Positions 8,231 through 16,610 of a stretch of 64,000 nucleotides of DNA are shown here, in pieces (position 1 is the first letter of the stretch; every line of letters starts with the position of its first letter). Origin of the DNA: a virus (lineage: Duplodnaviria > Caudoviricetes). Location: positions 2,218 through 66,217 of IMG/VR virus record IMGVR_UViG_3300011744_000001, one strand, 5' to 3'. The notes under the pieces are model-generated. The model had not been told where the DNA came from, did not search any database, and was given only the letters and a program-made list of their open reading frames with translations. Both the position numbers and the translations under genes were made by a program.

Positions 8231-10131
8231 CTACCTTTGTAAAATTATCACACTCATTTAAAACTCAATTCGATTTAAATTTTTCTGAAAAAATTATTGT
8301 TGATTTCTTTGCTGGTGGCGGTGGAGCAAGCACAGGTTTAGAAATGGGTCTAAACCGAAGCGTATTTGCAGCTGTAAATCACAATCCCAAAGCACTATCA
8401 ATGCATGAGGCTAATCATCCTCACGCAAAACATTATGTTCAGGATGTTTTTGCAGTAGATCCTGTAGAAATCTGTGAGGGGTATCCAGTCGGCTGGTTTC
8501 ATGCGAGTCCGGATTGTACTCATCACTCACAAGCTGCTGGCGGTCAACCACGGAAAAAAGAGATTCGTGATTTAGCGTGGGTTATTCCTAAATTTGCTGG
8601 CAAGGTAAAACCAGACATTATTTCAATGGAAAATGTTAAGCAGATGCTTAATTGGGGGCCATTGATTGCAAAACGTGACAAAGCCACTGGGCGCGTTGTG
8701 ACCTTAGATAAAATAATTGTTAATGGGAAAAAACAGTATCGAGTTGCAGAACATGGTGAATATGTACCACGAGATAATCAATTTTTAGTACCCGATCCAA
8801 AAAGAATAGGACAAACATGGAAACAATTTGTTCGTCATCTTGAGGGATTGGGCTATGTAGTTGAGTGGAAAAAGCTTGTTGCTGCTGACTTTGGTGCTCC
8901 AACTACTCGCGAGCGTTTATTTGTTATTGCTCGATGTGATGGTCAGCCAATTGTGTGGCCTGAACCAACGCACATAAAGAAATCGAAAGTTACTAAAGCA
9001 ACCAAGAAAAAGCAAAAGTGGCGTGCAGCTGCTGAAATCATAGATTTTAGTGACCTTGGCAAATCTATTTTTAATCGTCCAAAACCATTGGCTGATGCAA
9101 CATTAAAGCGAATTGCTCGTGGAATTAAAAAATTTGTTTTAGAAACAGATGAACCTTATTTAGTTGAGTCAACATTACCATTTATTAGCCGTGACTTTGG
9201 GACTTCAACAGGGCATCAAATCACTGAACCTTTGGCAACTACAACATCAGCTTTTGGTGGTCATAGTGCTTTGGTTAGTCCAATTATTGCACCATTCCTG
9301 ACTGAATTTGCCAATGCTTCACAACAGCGTAATTGGTCTATTGATCAACCATTAACGACAATTTGTGCTCAAGTTAAAGGTGGGCATCATGGTTTAGTTG
9401 CTCCATTGCTTATTCATGCTGGACATGGAGAAGGTACACCAGAAAATCCAAGATGGAGTGATGGGTGTGACAATATTCTTGATCCTCTAGGAACAATCAC
9501 AGCTTCTGGTGCAAGTCGTAATTTAGTTGCAGCTTACATGATGCAAGCGAATGGTGGTTTTAATGAAACAGATGGGCGACATCTTTTCGAACCATTATCA
9601 ACCATTACAAATACTGGTAGTCAGCAACAGTATGTATCGGCTGTATTCACACAAGCTTTTTATGGTGACAAATCAAATTCAGATCATCGTGCTGATTCGC
9701 TAGATAGTCCGCTGCGGACAATAACTACGGAGAATCGACACAGTATTGTTAGCGCGACTTTAAGTAAAGAAAACTATGAAGGTGCTTTACGTGTTGCAGC
9801 GTTTTTTATCAATTTCTATGGCAATGGTGATGCTCGTGATATTACCGCACCACTTGACACACTCACCACAAAAGATCGGCTGGCTCTAGTTACTGTTTGG
9901 ATCAAGAACGTACCTTGGGTCATTGTTGATATTCGTATGCGAATGCTTAAACCGCGAGAGTTGTATAAGGGGCAAGGTTTTCCAGATTCTTACATTATTG
10001 AAAATGGACACGATGGCAAGCCCTTAACAAAAACAGATCAAGTGCATATGTGCGGTAACAGTGTGTCTCCTTTACCAATGGCAGCCATAGCAAAAGTAAA
10101 TAATCCATTTCTATTAGGTGGTGCTAAATGA
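8227..10131 (+). CDS. DNA cytosine-C5 methyltransferase with long variable region
   Basis: DFFAGGGG (I), SPDC (IV), MENV (VI), TTRERLF (VIII), RMLKPREL..GQGFP (IX) and CGNSV (X) motifs. Confidence 0.92.
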   Translation: MTTFVKLSHSFKTQFDLNFSEKIIVDFFAGGGGASTGLEMGLNRSVFAAVNHNPKALSMHEANHPHAKHYVQDVFAVDPVEICEGYPVGWFHASPDCTHHSQAAGGQPRKKEIRDLAWVIPKFAGKVKPDIISMENVKQMLNWGPLIAKRDKATGRVVTLDKIIVNGKKQYRVAEHGEYVPRDNQFLVPDPKRIGQTWKQFVRHLEGLGYVVEWKKLVAADFGAPTTRERLFVIARCDGQPIVWPEPTHIKKSKVTKATKKKQKWRAAAEIIDFSDLGKSIFNRPKPLADATLKRIARGIKKFVLETDEPYLVESTLPFISRDFGTSTGHQITEPLATTTSAFGGHSALVSPIIAPFLTEFANASQQRNWSIDQPLTTICAQVKGGHHGLVAPLLIHAGHGEGTPENPRWSDGCDNILDPLGTITASGASRNLVAAYMMQANGGFNETDGRHLFEPLSTITNTGSQQQYVSAVFTQAFYGDKSNSDHRADSLDSPLRTITTENRHSIVSATLSKENYEGALRVAAFFINFYGNGDARDITAPLDTLTTKDRLALVTVWIKNVPWVIVDIRMRMLKPRELYKGQGFPDSYIIENGHDGKPLTKTDQVHMCGNSVSPLPMAAIAKVNNPFLLGGAK

Positions 10132-11201
10132 GTTTAGAAAATAGACAACCTAATATTCAAAATCAAATTCTATTTGGTGATTGCCGAGAATCAATGCAGC
10201 AACTCATTGATCAAGGTGCCAAGGTTCAAATGTGTGTTACTTCACCTCCGTATTTTGGATTACGTGATTATGGCGTTAGTGGTCAACTTGGTTTAGAGAG
10301 CACGGTTGATGAATACGTTGAAAATATGGTTCAAGTTTTTAGATTGGTTCGAGAGCTGCTGCATGATGACGGTACGCTCTGGTTAAATCTGGGTGACAGC
10401 TACGCTGGTTCTGGGCGCGGAATGACGCGAACAGGTCTGAACGATGGGAAAAATCCTAAAACGAAAGGTTTGATTCTACCGAAACAAAATGCAGCTCAAT
10501 CAAATTTAAAACCTAAGGATCTTATTGGTATTCCTTGGCGTGTTGCCTTTGCTTTGCAAGCTGATGGTTGGTACCTACGCCAAGATATTATTTGGCACAA
10601 ACCGAACCCAATGCCAGAAAGCATCACAGACCGATGCACCAAAGCACATGAGTATATTTTTCTATTTAGTAAATCGCGTAAGTATTTCTTTAATCATGAG
10701 GCCATTAAGGAGCCCGTTGCTGAAAGTTCACTAAAGCGTCTTTCTCAAAACATTGAGAATCAGTATGGAAGTGAACGAGCAATAGGTAAAACCAACGGTC
10801 CAATGAAAGCCGTTATCTCGAGATCTTCACGTGACAATTTCAAACGTGAAAATAGTAAGAGAGCTGCTGTCATCCCGAATCAAGCTACAGGGACACATCG
10901 AGCAGAGCGAGAAGATAGTGAATACGATTTACTAACTCGAAACAAACGCAGCGTTTGGTATATCGCTACAAAACCATATAAGGGCGCTCACTTCGCTACA
11001 TACCCGCCAGACTTGATCGAACCATGTGTCCTTGCAGGATCTCGAGCAAATGACATTGTGTTCGATCCTTTTATGGGAAGTGGTACCACTGCTGCTGTGG
11101 CATTAACTCATGGCCGTCAATATTTGGGGTGTGAATTAAATCCTGAATACGAAACTTTGCAAACAGAACGATTGAATTCTTTAAAAAAAGAGGTGGCTTA
11201 A
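10128..11201 (+). CDS. N4-cytosine/N6-adenine DNA methyltransferase, beta class
   Basis: VTSPPY catalytic motif near the N-terminus; DPFMGSGTT SAM-binding motif near the C-terminus. Confidence 0.92.
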   Translation: MSLENRQPNIQNQILFGDCRESMQQLIDQGAKVQMCVTSPPYFGLRDYGVSGQLGLESTVDEYVENMVQVFRLVRELLHDDGTLWLNLGDSYAGSGRGMTRTGLNDGKNPKTKGLILPKQNAAQSNLKPKDLIGIPWRVAFALQADGWYLRQDIIWHKPNPMPESITDRCTKAHEYIFLFSKSRKYFFNHEAIKEPVAESSLKRLSQNIENQYGSERAIGKTNGPMKAVISRSSRDNFKRENSKRAAVIPNQATGTHRAEREDSEYDLLTRNKRSVWYIATKPYKGAHFATYPPDLIEPCVLAGSRANDIVFDPFMGSGTTAAVALTHGRQYLGCELNPEYETLQTERLNSLKKEVA

Positions 11202-12178
11202 TGCATTACTACGAAAAGAAAATTGGTGATTACCATCGTAAAGCAGGTCGCCTTAATATTTTACAGCATGGTGTTTATAACTTGCTTATGGATGCTTGTT
11301 ATGACCGCGAAGCATTTCCAACTGAAGCACAAGCGATTGATTGGGTCTGGGCTGAAACTGATGAAGAAATTGCAGCAGTTAAGTTTGTTTTGAAAAAATT
11401 CTTTGTTATGAATGAGGAAGGCATCTACATTCAGAATCATATACAAGAAGATTTGATTGCATATAAAACTTATATCGCTAAACAGGCAGAGAATGGTAAG
11501 CAAGGTGGCCGTCCGAAAGGGTCTAAAAACAAGGCGAAAACAGGTAATGATTCTGGTGAATCTCAACAGGGAGAACAACTAACTGAACAAACCCAAGAAA
11601 ACCCAACGGAAAGCGAAATAAACCCACCGCTTAACCAAGAAAACCCAACGGAAAGCCAAAAAAAGCCTAAACCAATAACCATTAACCAAGAACCACTAAC
11701 CAATAACCAAGATAGTAATGGTAATAACGCGAGTGAGGAAAAAGTTAATTTTGTCCCGATTCAGTTTGCAACCTACAAAGCACATGACAAAGAGTTTTAC
11801 TCGTTACTTGAACTTGCAAGTGAGCATTCACAATTTCAAATGGACTTTATTGATCTAGCGGTACCAAGACATGAATCAATTTCATCAACTGATTTTCAAA
11901 CCTTGCTACAAGATTATTGTGATTTCTTTGCAGCGAAAAACGATAAAAACACGCCAAGCATTTGGTTTGTGAAATGGCTTACTTGGATACAAAACAACGT
12001 TCAAGATGTGATGAAACGCCGTGAGAAACTGACTAAAGCGAATCAAACTGTAAATACAGATCGACCAGCTAAGGGCTATTTTGAGCGCATTCTCGATGAA
12101 GAACAAAGCGCAAACACCATTGTGGACGTAACGCCTTCAAAAAAGCTGATAGCTAGTGGGGAGTACGGACATGCATAA
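11201..12178 (+). CDS. YdaU/DUF1376-family replication initiator
   Basis: MHYYEKKIGDY...QHGVYNLLMDACY N-terminus, ENGKQGGRPK, and internal DNA repeats. Confidence 0.8.
   Translation: MHYYEKKIGDYHRKAGRLNILQHGVYNLLMDACYDREAFPTEAQAIDWVWAETDEEIAAVKFVLKKFFVMNEEGIYIQNHIQEDLIAYKTYIAKQAENGKQGGRPKGSKNKAKTGNDSGESQQGEQLTEQTQENPTESEINPPLNQENPTESQKKPKPITINQEPLTNNQDSNGNNASEEKVNFVPIQFATYKAHDKEFYSLLELASEHSQFQMDFIDLAVPRHESISSTDFQTLLQDYCDFFAAKNDKNTPSIWFVKWLTWIQNNVQDVMKRREKLTKANQTVNTDRPAKGYFERILDEEQSANTIVDVTPSKKLIASGEYGHA
11593..11712 (+). repeat. Iteron-like repeats (probable lytic origin inside the initiator gene)
   Basis: Exact 22-bp repeat CCAAGAAAACCCAACGGAAAGC at 11593 and 11635, followed by TAACCA-rich repeats. 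Confidence 0.7.
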
Positions 12179-12920
12179 AATTACGATTCAGGATATACGC
12201 ATCCTAATTTCAGATTTACGAGTAATTCACGCTGCGCAATTCAACAAGAATTTTCCAACAACGGGTGATAACGCCATACCGATGGAGTTTGTTGAATCAA
12301 AAGCGATGGAATGCCTGTGTGATGTCAATGTAGATCAGTTTGAACGCGCACGGACCAGATTACTTAAATCGGGTGGAAAGTTTATGCCGTCTTTCTCTGA
12401 TTTCCGTGATTGGTGCATTGGTGAGACGTGGATGTCAGCAGATGAAGCATGGGCGCGTGCATGTCGTTTTACAGCTGACAAAAGTGTGCAAATCACTCAA
12501 ATAACAAAAGTTGCTCTGGATGAGGTTCTACCAATGATCTTCGACGGGTATATGAAACCTGCTCGAGAGCAATTTATTAATACATACAACGCATTTGTGG
12601 CAAAGGCACAACAAGTGGGACGTATCCAAGAAATGTATGTACCGCCAAAGCAATTGGAACACAAGAAAAAAAGCCATGTACCAGTATCTAATGATGAAGC
12701 TGTACAGCGCCTTAACGCATTGAAGCAGAAGCTAAATATTAATAATCGCTCAATTCAACAACCGCAAAAACTTGAACCAAAACAAAACTTGGCAAGTCCA
12801 GCAGTTCAAGAGCCGTGGCCTGATCCATTCGATCAACCAGACGAATATTTAGAAGCATGTGAGCGTGATGGTCTGAATGTCCCAAAAACCGTTATTAAGC
12901 ATATTGGTGGTACAGCATGA
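12171..12920 (+). CDS. Replication protein (lambda P/helicase-loader-like position)
   Basis: FMPSFSDFRDWC and WMSADEAW motifs, directly after the initiator. Confidence 0.55.
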   Translation: MHKITIQDIRILISDLRVIHAAQFNKNFPTTGDNAIPMEFVESKAMECLCDVNVDQFERARTRLLKSGGKFMPSFSDFRDWCIGETWMSADEAWARACRFTADKSVQITQITKVALDEVLPMIFDGYMKPAREQFINTYNAFVAKAQQVGRIQEMYVPPKQLEHKKKSHVPVSNDEAVQRLNALKQKLNINNRSIQQPQKLEPKQNLASPAVQEPWPDPFDQPDEYLEACERDGLNVPKTVIKHIGGTA

Positions 12921-13402
12921 ATCAGACAATAGCTCAAGCAAAAGAGCCAACAGAAGCGAAAACAACGCAATTTAAAAAGGGTACAAGAGTACACATAGAT
13001 TTCATTAGTGATTCGCGTACTCAGTTTTCAGGTAAACATATCAAAGGTGATGCAATTGTAGATCGCCATGAAGATGGTTATGTCTACGGACAATTGGAAC
13101 AAGGCACCCCGTTTATGTGCCCTGAAAACTTTGTTCAACTCACTTCACTGGAACTAATTAAGCAAATTCGTGAAGAATTCGAAACATGGTTAAAACAGCA
13201 AAAGCAATATTCAGTTTTGATTAATCAATATGGTGTGGATGTTTTTACTTACGATTCAATCGACGGTTATCAAAAATTAGCTGTGGCATTGGCATTTGAA
13301 CTCTGGAAAGAACTTCGCTTAAGCCGTGCTGAAACTAAGGCTTTACTTCATAAACTCAATACGTTGAACACTGCTTCAAAGGGTGGTGATCATCATGGGT
13401 AA
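12917..13402 (+). CDS. Hypothetical phage protein
   Basis: 161 aa, ATGA-coupled to neighbours. Confidence 0.55.
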   Translation: MNQTIAQAKEPTEAKTTQFKKGTRVHIDFISDSRTQFSGKHIKGDAIVDRHEDGYVYGQLEQGTPFMCPENFVQLTSLELIKQIREEFETWLKQQKQYSVLINQYGVDVFTYDSIDGYQKLAVALAFELWKELRLSRAETKALLHKLNTLNTASKGGDHHG

Positions 13403-14081
13403 AAGTCGTAATTTATGGGAACAGTGGGCGAAAACCGGCAAAACTGAATTCTTTGCAATGCATCCACTGATTGAAACCAAAACGAATCGCCAAGCACGCG
13501 CACGTAGAGCTTTAGATAAAAAAGTTATTTTGCCATGTGCTGTGACTAGTGAAACTGTAAACGGTGATCAACTGCATCAAGGCAGTACAGGTGGATTAGT
13601 CATTACAGGTAAAGGCTTTATCACTGTAAAACTACCTTATGGCATTAGTGCTAATGATATTTGGCGTGCCACGATTGATGAGAGCACAGGTAAACAACGT
13701 AATAGTTTATCGGTTGGTGCTAAGAAATTTAAACGTCGAGTTTTTGAAATCTACGCACCAATTTTTAAAGCGCTTAAATGGAAAGCAACTTCACAACAAT
13801 GTGAAATTCGATTGCTTGTTCAGCCACCACGAAAAACTCGTAGTTACAGTGCAAGCACTTATCCGCGCTTTGATATTGATAACTATCCAAAACTGCTAAT
13901 CGATTCTTTGAAAGGTACAGAGCTGCTTTTTAAGGACGACAATATTTTTGTCAAAGAAAAAATCGAATTTGCAGAACCTACTGAAGATGGTTGTGTATGG
14001 CTTTCATGTGTATTTATCGACGAAACAAACTGGCTTGATAAAAAAGTCGATTTTGAGTGGCTTGCTGGGAGAGTTGCTTAA
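13395..14081 (+). CDS. rusA: RusA-family Holliday junction resolvase
   Basis: LPYGISANDIW, RFDIDNYPKLLIDSL and FKDDNIF motifs. Confidence 0.8.
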   Translation: MGKSRNLWEQWAKTGKTEFFAMHPLIETKTNRQARARRALDKKVILPCAVTSETVNGDQLHQGSTGGLVITGKGFITVKLPYGISANDIWRATIDESTGKQRNSLSVGAKKFKRRVFEIYAPIFKALKWKATSQQCEIRLLVQPPRKTRSYSASTYPRFDIDNYPKLLIDSLKGTELLFKDDNIFVKEKIEFAEPTEDGCVWLSCVFIDETNWLDKKVDFEWLAGRVA

Positions 14082-14782
14082 TGGCTAAAAGAACTGATTT
14101 AGAAAAACGAGTCATGATCGGTCGTAAACTTGCACTTGCAAGAGAACGCCGTGGGATGCTTCAACATGAAGTTGCTATCGAATTGTTTGGCGTAGAGCAA
14201 AAGAACCGTATCAGTGAAATGGAGCACGGTAAAACATTGCCTGATGCGGAATTGCTTCAAGTGATGTGCAGTATGTACCGTGTTTCAGTGGACTGGGTGC
14301 TGGGTTTTACAATCAATCCAGAGCTTAATGAAACAGAATCGGTTGCGGGTATTTTGTTTAATAGTGTGGGTGATTTGCTTTCGGAAAATATAAATGCGAT
14401 TACAGCTCAGATTTCTTTGATGTGTGCCAGACATATCACCTCATTTCCTAAAGCCTTGGAGATACAGTTATTGGAGCAATCCAAAGCTGTTGCAAAGCAG
14501 TTCCTGCAACTTGATCGTGAGCAGCAAGAGAAATTACAGCCTGTAATGATGGATTTAATCAAGACCATTCAGGAATGTGAAAAAGATCGGGCGGTTCAAT
14601 TTAATCATATAGCAAAAGGGCTGGAAGATATAACTGACCGTGATGAGGATGAAATTCAAGAAAAAATACTTCAAGACTTAAAGAGCCAGCGTAAGACACG
14701 GTTTGTCCAAACATCATTAATGACTGAGGAGAAAGAAGAAGCACAGCTTGATTTTTTATCTGGTGATGTACTGGGCGGTTAA
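14081..14782 (+). CDS. XRE-family HTH regulator (candidate late regulator)
   Basis: LALARERRGMLQHEVA...RISEMEHGKTLPD HTH. Confidence 0.75.
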   Translation: MAKRTDLEKRVMIGRKLALARERRGMLQHEVAIELFGVEQKNRISEMEHGKTLPDAELLQVMCSMYRVSVDWVLGFTINPELNETESVAGILFNSVGDLLSENINAITAQISLMCARHITSFPKALEIQLLEQSKAVAKQFLQLDREQQEKLQPVMMDLIKTIQECEKDRAVQFNHIAKGLEDITDRDEDEIQEKILQDLKSQRKTRFVQTSLMTEEKEEAQLDFLSGDVLGG

Positions 14783-14784
14783 TT

Positions 14785-15636
14785 ATGGCAGTGCAATCAT
14801 ATTCACAGGAAATCTGGGATCGGCTCAAAGAGGTTTATGAGTCATCCCCGAAGATCACATGGCAAAAACTGGTTGATCAGGTTGGAGAGGAGATGGGCTG
14901 TGATATGCCATCTCCGTCCGTAGTACGCCGTAAAGCAATCACTGAGAAATGGAAAAAGTGTACTAAAAACCTAGTCAAAAAGACTGCCCGTGAACTCCAC
15001 AATGAAATTAAAAAATTGACTAGCAAAAAGACTAGTCAAGAAAACTCACAATCTTCTGAAAATCAAGGAGAAAATAATAGTCAAAATAATGTCAAAAAGC
15101 CGTCAAATATTGCTGATTTTTGGGGTCAAAAATCGAAGTCTGATAAAGGATTTTCCACGGCGGATTTAAATCGCCTTACGTCTGCCAAAATTATCCAATT
15201 GAACCGCCACAGATTGGCTGATTTAGGTCAGTTGGCGGGTGACACAATTACCAGTGTGATTCATATCAGAGATGAAGTCTTGCAGCTCGATATAAACAAT
15301 TTGAACGAGGATGATGTGGAATCCCAAAAAATTGTGAATGGCCTGAAATTCAAGATGGGTTTGATCAGTCAGATTGTGGACCTGAATGTTAAGCAAAGTA
15401 TCACTTTAGCCAATATCGCTAAGTCAGAAGCCTTGTTCTGGGGCTTTGAGGTTGAGGAGTTGAAAGACCAGTCTGAGGTTCAGGCAAAACGGTCTGCAAC
15501 TATATCTGATGCTGAAGAACGTATGCGAATTGCCAAAGAGAAAATGGCAACTGATAAGAAAGCTGCCTTTGCCCGCAAACTTGCATTAATCGAAGCGGGT
15601 GATCCTGAGGATGACGAACAACAGGTGGAAGCATGA
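14785..15636 (+). CDS. Putative terminase small subunit
   Basis: N-terminal HTH-like SQEIWDRLKEVYE...VRRKAITEKWKK followed by helical and coiled-coil regions; weak assignment. Confidence 0.45.
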   Translation: MAVQSYSQEIWDRLKEVYESSPKITWQKLVDQVGEEMGCDMPSPSVVRRKAITEKWKKCTKNLVKKTARELHNEIKKLTSKKTSQENSQSSENQGENNSQNNVKKPSNIADFWGQKSKSDKGFSTADLNRLTSAKIIQLNRHRLADLGQLAGDTITSVIHIRDEVLQLDINNLNEDDVESQKIVNGLKFKMGLISQIVDLNVKQSITLANIAKSEALFWGFEVEELKDQSEVQAKRSATISDAEERMRIAKEKMATDKKAAFARKLALIEAGDPEDDEQQVEA

Positions 15637-16322
15637 ATCAAAATACTTTAACACACCGCGAATTATGTGAGATCGGCGCAGCGCTTTTACGAAAGCCTGA
15701 GTCTGCAAACGGTCATGGCTGTCATTTCTCTATCATTGAACCATCATGCTATGGAGAGAATCCAGATGTATTCGGCATTCGTCATGGTAGTGATGGTTAC
15801 GACATTGGCACGATACTACTGGAAGCTAAAACAAGCCGCGCTGACTTTCTTGCTGACCGTAAGAAACCACATCGTATTTCTCCAGAGAAAGGTATTGGGA
15901 AATGGCGTTATTTCATTTGTCCGACTGACTTAATAAAACCAGATGAATTACCTGAACGCTGGGGGCTTATCTATGTCTCACCAGGTAAGCGCTGTAAATA
16001 CATTAAAGGCGCAATGGCAGTACCTAAAGATTGTGTTGGCTACAGTGGAAAGTATCGGCACGGCGGAAAGTTGGAAATCAGTTTTAATGAATTTGCTTTC
16101 CATAACCGTAATGTTGAAAACGAATTTAATTTACTGGCTTTGGCATTGGCCCGATTAAGAGACCCAGAGCAAATTCTTTATATGCAGCGTGAATTTTCAA
16201 AGCTGGTACAAAGAAATTTTGATCTTGAACGGGAGGTTAATAGTCTACAGGCCTATAAGACTACTGCTGACCTAACAACGATTGTGAACAATATTAAATC
16301 TAAAAAGGAAACAGTTTTATGA
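15633..16322 (+). CDS. PD-(D/E)XK/MmcB-like nuclease-fold protein
   Basis: ENPDVFG...LLEAKTSRADFLAD motif. Confidence 0.6.
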   Translation: MNQNTLTHRELCEIGAALLRKPESANGHGCHFSIIEPSCYGENPDVFGIRHGSDGYDIGTILLEAKTSRADFLADRKKPHRISPEKGIGKWRYFICPTDLIKPDELPERWGLIYVSPGKRCKYIKGAMAVPKDCVGYSGKYRHGGKLEISFNEFAFHNRNVENEFNLLALALARLRDPEQILYMQREFSKLVQRNFDLEREVNSLQAYKTTADLTTIVNNIKSKKETVL

Positions 16323-16539
16323 ATCAATATATGTTGATCCACCTGCACTATGACCTAAATGAAGCACATAAACTTCTTGTTAGATTAGCCACGCCGTGAT
16401 TCAGAATAATGCGCCTAAAGGGGCAACGCACTATTATCAAAATCAGTGGGATGTGGCTTATCACTTTTATTCAAAAGAAGTTAATTTGTGGTTTGTTTGG
16501 GTTGATCATTGTGATTAATGGTCATCTAGTTAATTTTCT

Positions 16540-16581
16540 TCGGAACCTCATGAGGATAAAGTAATCTTAAAATATTAGAAT
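16540..16581 (+). promoter_or_regulatory. Late-promoter motif upstream of the tape measure gene
   Basis: TCGGAAC-N29-TAGAAT; member of the repeated TTGGAAC motif family. Confidence 0.6.
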
Positions 16582-16610
16582 CACTCTATGTAAAAATTGG
16601 GTGATTTTTT

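Noticed and set aside
11593-11712. Direct repeats as a CRISPR array or DGR
   Set aside because: Only two exact copies, in frame within the initiator gene; no cas or reverse transcriptase gene in the window.
16319-16520. Short ORF fragments with the APKGATHY motif
   Set aside because: Looks like a broken copy of a common small phage gene; boundaries cannot be supported.
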